Source: Camelus dromedarius (lineage: Eukaryota). From it: a stretch of DNA of 64,000 nucleotides. Within the stretch, counting starts at the first letter, position 1, and each line of letters starts with the position of its first letter. The notes below the pieces were generated by a model. It was not told where the DNA came from and did no database searches. It saw only the letters and a program-made list of their open reading frames with translations. Location: positions 51,336,001 to 51,400,000 of the forward strand of contig NC_087449.1 of NCBI RefSeq assembly GCF_036321535.1. Reading direction: 5' to 3'. Positions 57,401 to 64,000 of the stretch are shown piece after piece. Made by a program: the position numbers and the translations under genes.

Positions 57401-57988
57401 CAGCGTGGGGGATACAGTCAATAATAATGTAATACCTTTGTATGGTGACAGGCAATAACTAGATTCATTATTGTGGTCATTTTGCAGTGTACACAAATAT
57501 CAAACCACCATGTCGTGTACCAGGAACCAGCACAGTGTTGTAGGTCAATTATACTTTAAAACACAAACAAACGAAAAACAAACTCATAGAAAAAGAGATC
57601 AGATTTGTGGTTACCAGAGGTAGGGGGTAGGAGAGGGTGAATTGGATGAAGGTGGTCAAAAGGTACAAATCTACAGTGAAAGATAAACAGTAGGGATGTA
57701 ATAAATAACATAATTAATATAATTAACATATACCTTATATATGAAAGTTAAGAGACTAAATCCCAAGAGTTCTCATCACAAGGAAAAAATATTTTGTGGT
57801 AATCATTTCATGATGTATATATAAGCCAGATCATTATGCTCTATACCTTAAACTTATACAGTGCTGTATGTCAAATATATCTCAATAAAACTAGAAGAAA
57901 AAAAAATCCATTCTTAACTAATTCCTAATCTTGATGGTCTCTTGATGACATTCAGAAGGCCACAGTTCTGCATTAAGATTGTCATCTC

Positions 57989-58025
<37 letters not shown>

Positions 58026-61000
58026 TTGTCATCTTGGCCAACAGCAAAGCCAGGTGTCTGAGGCAAGAGAGGAGAATATATTTTAATTAGCAGACATCCT
58101 TAGTTAGTTATTTTAAGGAATATGTCAAGAATTCCACCTCCTTTTCCTCACTCTACCAAAAGAAACATTTGAGGTTGCAAACACCTGTCTGTGTACCTGG
58201 ATTCTACATGTATTCTATATGCAGGAAGCTGGCTTGCATTCACTTTCTCTATGCTTTTGGTTCCAGCTGACTTCAAAAATATACTAACACTTTGAAACGA
58301 GGCAGTTACATGGAACATGTGAAATAGATACAATGGAAAATATGGGTGTGATCTTGAATTGGGCTGGTACCTCATGGCTGAGCAACCGGATAAATGCCAG
58401 AGGAGCCTTGCTGTCCTGGGAACCACCCGAATTCTCTAGAAACTTAAAAAAAAAAACATATTTATGTCTGTCTTACGGTGTAAAGCTGTGAGATACGTCT
58501 ACGTCATGGCTTAAAGTTCTAGGAGCCATCTAGTTACTTAATTTCCAAATTCTTAGAAAAGATACCCCAACTGTGTACAATACATATTTTTAAAAATTAC
58601 ACTATTTCTAAAATTTAAAAAAAGGCTAAATGAGTATTCCAGCACAAAGTAGATCTCTAACACACATACTGGCATAATCAAATCAAATCAATCTATTCTA
58701 CGCAAAGACCTACCGGATCAGAGTGTTTCCAATCTGGTGCCGTATTTCATTCCACTCCTCTTTGCTTTTTCGAGGCCAAGAATCCGTGATCACCTCTGGT
58801 TCACTGGGTCTGTGGTTCAACTTCATTGCCAGTGTATCCTTCCTCTTCACTTTGTTGGCCAGAGCACCTTTGTGCAAGGGAAAGAAAAACATGTAGAAGC
58901 TTAAGGCTCAACCTCACCTGGAGCTAGGTAAGAATCTGAACAAACAGTATCATAACTCCCAGCTTTCTACTTGGCCGTCAGTGATCCACCTAACACAATG
59001 GTGGGGGTAAAGCTGGAGACATCTAAAAATCTTTTCAGCAGATAGACTCAGCTGAGCTAAAGGCATCTTCTCCCTTCTAGCAGTTCTCTCTATCAGTTTT
59101 GTCCTGAGTGAGACTTGCCAGAGGAGGGATAATCTAAGCACAGGACAGCCTCTGAATTAAAACATAGAGACACTTGCACTACATACCTCATAAGGTTCCT
59201 ACTCTTTTTTTTTTCTTCTTATATATAAACATTTTTTAATTGAGTTATAGTCATTTTACAATGTTGTGTCAAATTCCAGTGTAGAGCACAATTTTTCAGT
59301 TATACATGAACATACATACATTCATTGTCACATTCTCTTTCGCTGTGGGCCACCACAAGATCTTGTATATATTTCCCTGTGCTACACAGTATAATCTTGT
59401 TTATCTATTCTATATATACCTGTTAGTATCTACAAATTTCATACTCTCAGTCTGTCCCTTCCCACCCCCCATCCCCCCTGGCAACCACAAGTTTATATTC
59501 TATGTCTATGAGTCTGTTTCTGTTTAGTATTTTTTTTTTTTTAGATTCCACATATGAGCGATCTCATATGGTATTTTTCTTTCACTTTCTGGCTTACTTC
59601 ACTTAGAATGACATTCTCCAGTAACATCCATGTTGCTGCAAATGGCATTATGTTGTCAGTTTTTATGGCTGAATAGTATTCCGTTGTATAAATATACCAC
59701 ATCTTCTTTATCGTAAGGTTCCTACTCTTAAAGCTGCTTTCCACTTTTAGGAATCAAGATTCCATTATTTGCAGATTTGTGTTTGTGAACATGTTTTTTC
59801 CCTTTGCTCCATGAACACAATGAGTTCATTAGGCTAAAGGAGAGCATCACTTTTGTCTTCTCCACAAAGCCCAAATACCAACTTTCCTTTACTCCACATT
59901 CCTTAATACTTTCATTGTAAATTTAAAATCAAAATCAAACAGATAAAAACCTGATTGACTCAATCTACTTGGCTCCCTCTCACTGGCTTGTTATAACAAT
60001 GGGAACAGCAGGGACAAGGGTCCTTCCCAGTGGCTTTTAACAGCAGTTAGCTCCTGACGGGGGAGGGTACCTGCTTCCATTCATCTTATGCTTGCTAAGA
60101 CCAGCTTGTAGCTATATCCGTGAAAGAACTTTCTCCTTTGCTTTCCCTCCCTTTCTTACTATGATGGCTTTCATCTTCATCCTCTTCATCTCGGTACTGA
60201 ATGGGACCTTCTGAATCAGAGTCACTCTCCTTCTCTTCCTCTTCCTCCTGCAGACGCTGTGGTGGTTTAGGAACGACGGAAGTAGATGCTACTTCCTCAT
60301 CAAATGCAAACAGGTGGATTTGTTCCTCTTCTTCTTCATCGTCTGGACTAACAAATTAACATAATTACATTTTCCTTTCAGAGACATAAAGAATAACTGA
60401 TTTGCAAGGCAAAGTACCGAAAAACTATGAAAAGGTCCATGAGTGAAATAATTATAGTTCCTTCCCTTAACTTTTACAATCATGCTGAGAAACTTTTTAG
60501 CACCTATTAATCTAAAGGGCTCTGAGTTCAAATCCCAGCTTTACAATGTATTTAGTAGCTTGTAAGTTACTTAACTCTTCTGTAGATGGGAATAATACCT
60601 ACCTTGTTGGCTTGTTGTGAGAATGAAGCAGACAAATTCTAGAATGCACTAATGCCTGGCAAACAGGGCCCTGAAGATCTACACATAAGATTGAAGTTTG
60701 CTTTGGTCTGATTAAATGAGAAGACTACTTTGTTCATGGGCAAAACTCAATAAAAATACTTAACCCATTTCTCTTTGGTTTAACAATGAAGTAGGACAGA
60801 ATGATAATCTAAAACAAGGAAGCAAAGAGAAGTAAAGATGAAAACTAACTTCTCCCCTTTGCACTTGGGAGGCATAAACCTGACTTAGTCTACTTAAAAC
60901 TCCTGAACTGTCTCTTCCCAAGATGTGAAATAAGTAATACCAGCAAAACAAATAAAAAGTAAGATGCTGCAATAGCTCTGTAACAATTCTTTTAGTTAGT

Positions 61001-62317
61001 AAAACAAATTTCCAACTTGCCAAAAGGTATTAATCTTCTGTCACAATTTGTCTGGATTTTAAGAACACCAACAAAGTAGGTAGAAGTACCAGTGCTACTG
61101 TGAACAGATTGAGAGTTTGGGGACAGATGTGGGAAACAAGATGACCAGCGCCAGTCTAGGGGGCTGGAATACTGACCTATCTTTCAGAGCTCCCTTCTTT
61201 TTCTCTAGGCTTCTCTCTCTCCCTCTCTACCAAGTTGTGTGCCAGGCACTAGTGCTTTCAGATTTGTCTAATTTCATTCTCACGCCAGTGAGATAGGTAT
61301 TATTCCTGTCTGCAGGTTAGACAACAGAAGAGCAGGTTAAGTAACAGACACTACTGCAAGCTAGTAAATAAGAGGCAGAACTGGCGTTTGAACCCCGAAC
61401 TATCTTACTCCAAGGTCAACGTTCTTAAGCATCATGTTCCACTGCTTCCCTTATATCATATAAAAATATACAGTGGTTTTAATTTTCAAGTACAGAAGCT
61501 TGTAATTTCTTTTTATCATCATGGACATTTCTGCCATGGAAACAATGCTATAGAAATCAGGAGGGTAAAAAAGTCCAAATTCAAGAACATGTCCTACTTA
61601 TTAAGCATTCTTAATTTAAATGTATTCATTTTCTCTTTATAAGTAATTTTTTCTAAGAAGGACTACCCAGAGTAGAGAAGAGGGAACAAGAGGCAAGCTT
61701 TAAAGGCACTCACACTTTTAGCATTTCAATAGTGATGGGAAGTGACCTGGTCCGACCCAGGGTACTGCTGTCCTCAGAAAAGTTGTCACTGTTCTCGAAG
61801 AGCAATGAATGAGCTCTATGAGAGCCTTCCAAGGGAGGAGTCATGGGGAGCGGGCTGGTCAGGGCCTGCTGGATTCGGATATGCAGTGGGAGTGGGGGCA
61901 GCCTAGGGGGTACATGGGGCTCCCCAAAACTGTGGTCCAACATCCTCTTGGGCACTTCCTTTTTCTGATTTTCCTGCTGGGGAACCTCCTGGGATAGGTC
62001 TAAGGAAGGCAGAAACTCAATTTCTGGCACAACTTGAAAAGTCTTAGCAGGGAATGGAGGGGACCGAGGGGGTTCTGGAGGTATATGAGTAGGCAGTGGG
62101 GGGGAGGGGGAGGAAGGGGGGATTGTCAGCAGTGGTTCGGAACCCACAGAGCAAGTGCTCTTCTCTCTCTGATCACTTGGTGCTTTTGTGGTGGTGGCAG
62201 CAGCAGCAGCAGACTCTGAGGTGGGTACCAAGGTTGATGGAATGCCTCTCTTAGGTGGTAAAGGTGGGGATGGTTTTGATAACAAGGTACCACTGTTTAT
62301 TGCCTGGGACAGTTCAG
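48436..62317 (-). CDS. PHACTR4: PHACTR4 (phosphatase and actin regulator 4), 3' part: 8 coding exons listed below; 5' exons lie beyond position 64000
   Basis: Exons join in frame across GT-AG junctions. They give RPEL repeats ([34 protein letters not shown]) and the PP1-binding C-terminus ([10 protein letters not shown]...RADKPW...YHRP*). Confidence 0.97.
48511..48737 (+). mobile_element. Tigger-family MITE ~60 nt from the last PHACTR4 acceptor
   Basis: TIRs CAGTTGACCCTTAAACAAC ... TGTTCACATGTCAACTG followed by TA. Confidence 0.8.
48790..49420 (+). mobile_element. L2 fragments
   Basis: CAGGCTTGTCAAACTCAACATAT, AAGCTCCTTGAGGACAGGGAC, AAATCCTGTTGATTCTA. Confidence 0.6.
50879..50955 (-). CDS. 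PHACTR4: PHACTR4 penultimate exon (77 nt)
   Basis: Encodes [32 protein letters not shown] donor. Confidence 0.95.
51559..51696 (-). CDS. PHACTR4: PHACTR4 RPEL / PP1-binding exon (138 nt)
   Basis: Encodes [46 protein letters not shown]. Confidence 0.96.
51770..52110. mobile_element. Two adjacent MER5-type MITEs
   Basis: CAGTGCTTCT...GAATCACCTGGGG...TTGAGAAGCACTG, then CAGTGCTTCTCAAACTT...GGGGTGGGGCCTGAGA...GGACCACATTTT. Confidence 0.72.
52975..53036 (-). CDS. PHACTR4: PHACTR4 exon (62 nt)
   Basis: Encodes [26 protein letters not shown] acceptor, GTACAT donor. Confidence 0.95.
53215..53410. mobile_element. MER58B-like deleted MITE
   Basis: GCTAAGAATGATCTTTACATTTTTAAATGG...GGCCTGCAAAGCTGAAAATATTTACTAT. 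Confidence 0.65.
54191..54246 (-). CDS. PHACTR4: PHACTR4 RPEL exon (56 nt)
   Basis: Encodes [27 protein letters not shown] acceptor, GTGAGT donor. Confidence 0.95.
55423..55680. mobile_element. MLT1-type MaLR LTR fragment (one end in N-gap)
   Basis: GCTTCTAGTGGCTGCCGG...TTGGCTTGGAGATGCATCACTCCA...GACTTCATCTTAAATTGATT. Confidence 0.75.
55700..57290 (-). mobile_element. Old L1 (ORF2 3' region), decayed
   Basis: Reverse-complement L1 motifs (TCTATGATCCATTTTGAATTAATTTT, CCAGCACCACTTGTTGAAAAGA, TCTGTTCCATTGATCTA). Confidence 0.8.
57380..57905 (+). mobile_element. L1 3' end fragments (L1MA/MB-like)
   Basis: AGATTTGTGGTTACCAGAGG, GGTCAAAAGGTACAAA, TATCTCAATAAAACT plus A-tail. Confidence 0.72.
57988..58021 (+). 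mobile_element. Poly(A)-only retroinsertion with 13-bp TSD
   Basis: AAGATTGTCATCT at 57975-57987 and 58022-58034, flanking CC plus a pure A run (57990-58023). Confidence 0.8.
58714..58867 (-). CDS. PHACTR4: PHACTR4 exon (154 nt)
   Basis: Encodes [25 protein letters not shown]...[10 protein letters not shown] acceptor, GTAGGT donor. Confidence 0.95.
59207..59713 (-). mobile_element. 5'-truncated young L1 (3' end), perfect 16-bp TSD
   Basis: TAAGGTTCCTACTCTT at 59191-59206 and 59714-59729; ORF2 C-terminal-like ORF ([16 protein letters not shown]...[14 protein letters not shown]); T-rich tail on +. Confidence 0.92.
60160..60347 (-). CDS. PHACTR4: PHACTR4 acidic exon (188 nt)
   Basis: TTGTTAG acceptor, GTAAGA donor. 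Encodes PDDEEEEEQ...[23 protein letters not shown]; phases match both neighbours. Confidence 0.95.
61714..62317 (-). CDS. PHACTR4: PHACTR4 large Pro-rich exon (604 nt)
   Basis: Acceptor TTTTCCAG at 62318-62319, donor GTGAGT at 61713. Encodes [24 protein letters not shown]...TIEMLKV. Confidence 0.95.
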
Positions 62318-64000
62318 CTGGAAAAGAGAAAGCAACACCTCAAATTAAGATGGCTTTTCAGTGCTTTGAGGGGCCAGCCCACAGCCTAGAATTAGAGCTG
62401 AGCTCACACTTAATCTTTCAGGCTAATTAGAACATTTCATGGCTTTGCCATTCCCTAGCTAGCTCATCCTGAAACAAAATTTACATTTGAATATCTAGAA
62501 GGCCTAATAAATGTACAGCAGTGTAGGAAAACCACTACCTTAATATTCTGATGAGACATTTCTTGCTTCTTTACTATGACAATAGCTATGACAACTTTGT
62601 ATAACTTGATATTGGTATAGATAAAGTTAATGTGAATAGAGATAGAAAAAATGTGGCTAAGTTATTTTGTCTAACAGTATTCCATTAAAAAATTTAAACA
62701 TGCAGATAGAAATAAAAAAACAAATACTACCAGGCATTGCTATCATATCCTGATAAATAATGATGCCTAGATATCTCAGCTCTGTATTATTAAACCACCA
62801 ATAATGACACCTTGGATTTTTATAGCAAATGCAAAGGACTTTGAAGAAATCATAGTGCTTGTCTATCTTTGACTTCATAATATTCTTTTTATACAAGGGT
62901 CATCTTTACCATTTTACAGAAGGAAAAACTGAGGCCACGGAAGTTAGGTGACTTGCCCAAGATATACTACAAAATGGCAAGGATTCAGCTAATTCCCAGG
63001 ACTCATTATAAAGTTCCATCCTCCGGATCCCACTGACTTTATTTTTATTAGTGTCCAGGCCTCTTGGTGTCCTTTATGCCCAACCTGCCATTTCCACTCT
63101 CCACTACACTACGGGCTCCTTGATGGCAGGGCAACCGTTGTCTCTATCATCATATTCACAGGGTGGGGCACAGTGTCTGGCATATAATGGGCCCTCAATA
63201 CATGTTTATTAGATGAGAGGCCCCCTACCCTGTGTCATGACAATATATATCCCTGTGTGATTCCCCCAAAGCCCCAGACTCAGGTACTAATTCAGCAAAG
63301 TCCCTTTGGAGAGCTCAAATTGGCTTTTAAGAAGTGGATCATCACATCACAAAAGGTCAGTCTTCCAAAATAAATAGTAGTTCTCTTGGTTGCCAATCTC
63401 TAATCCTCTACCCAAATCCCTCACATTGGTCCCACAAATTGTTTTCAAAGATTTTATGTCTTACTTAGAGAGCAGCACCTCAAGTTTCCCTAAAATGAAA
63501 ACTTAATTGCCCTAAATCCCATTCCATTGGCAGCATTCAAAGTGAAAGTCTAGCTAACCTAATAATATTTTAATGTCACTCTTTGTAAGTAAAATTTTAA
63601 AGGGCTTTCTAGAAAAATATTGCATACATACAAAAAAAAAAAGATTTAAAAAATGTGAATTTTAGGATCAATGAAAGAGATACTTTTTAGTAGACTAGAT
63701 TTTTGCTGTCTGCCTAAAAATAGCAGTTAGCTATTCAATCTACAATAAAACCCATACCTGAAAGACCAAATTTGAATATTTTAATGTTTGAATTGATAAA
63801 GTAAATCAACTTTGATAATTTAAATAAAACATATAGCTGAAGTTGGTAAGGAAGTAACCTCTGGTATACAAACCCTGACGATGGCACTTGGCTGTAGTTC
63901 TGTGGGAAAGATGCCAGAATGTTTGCTGGAGGGGTTACAAATTCCCTTCATCTGTTCAGTTATTTATGGTGGTCCTTCCTTAGTCCTAATACTCCTAATT

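Noticed and set aside
63840-63950. Possible further PHACTR4 exon near the window end
   Set aside because: No proper donor (GTTACT) and no PHACTR4-like translation.

Overview
Mammalian nuclear DNA, almost certainly camelid (alpaca/llama/camel), judged from repeated tRNA-derived SINEs of the vic-1 type (head GGGGAGGGTATAGCTCAGTGGTAGAG, tail AACCTAATTACCTCCCCC). All genes lie on the minus strand in the order known from human 1p35: the 3' half of PHACTR4 (8 coding exons plus a ~2.2 kb 3'UTR), the non-coding 5'TOP host gene SNHG3/U17HG with two intronic SNORA73 (U17) H/ACA snoRNAs, complete RCC1 (9 constitutive coding exons = 421 aa, one alternative exon, two promoters), and TRNAU1AP/SECp43 (exons 1, 2, 4, 6, 7, 8 readable; exons 3 and 5 probably hidden in N-gaps; last exon outside the window). 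The rest is intronic/intergenic sequence with MIR, L2, L1, hAT/TcMar MITEs, an MLT2 LTR and camelid SINEs. I found no clearly new gene system. Best leads: an out-of-frame uORF overlapping the RCC1 start in the SNHG3-RCC1 leader, a tailless 5S rRNA retrocopy with TSDs in the PHACTR4 3'UTR, a lengthened RCC1 alternative exon, and homogenised U17 paralogues. Coordinates were counted by hand. Comparisons to human sequences and repeat consensi are from recall, not alignment, and need checking.
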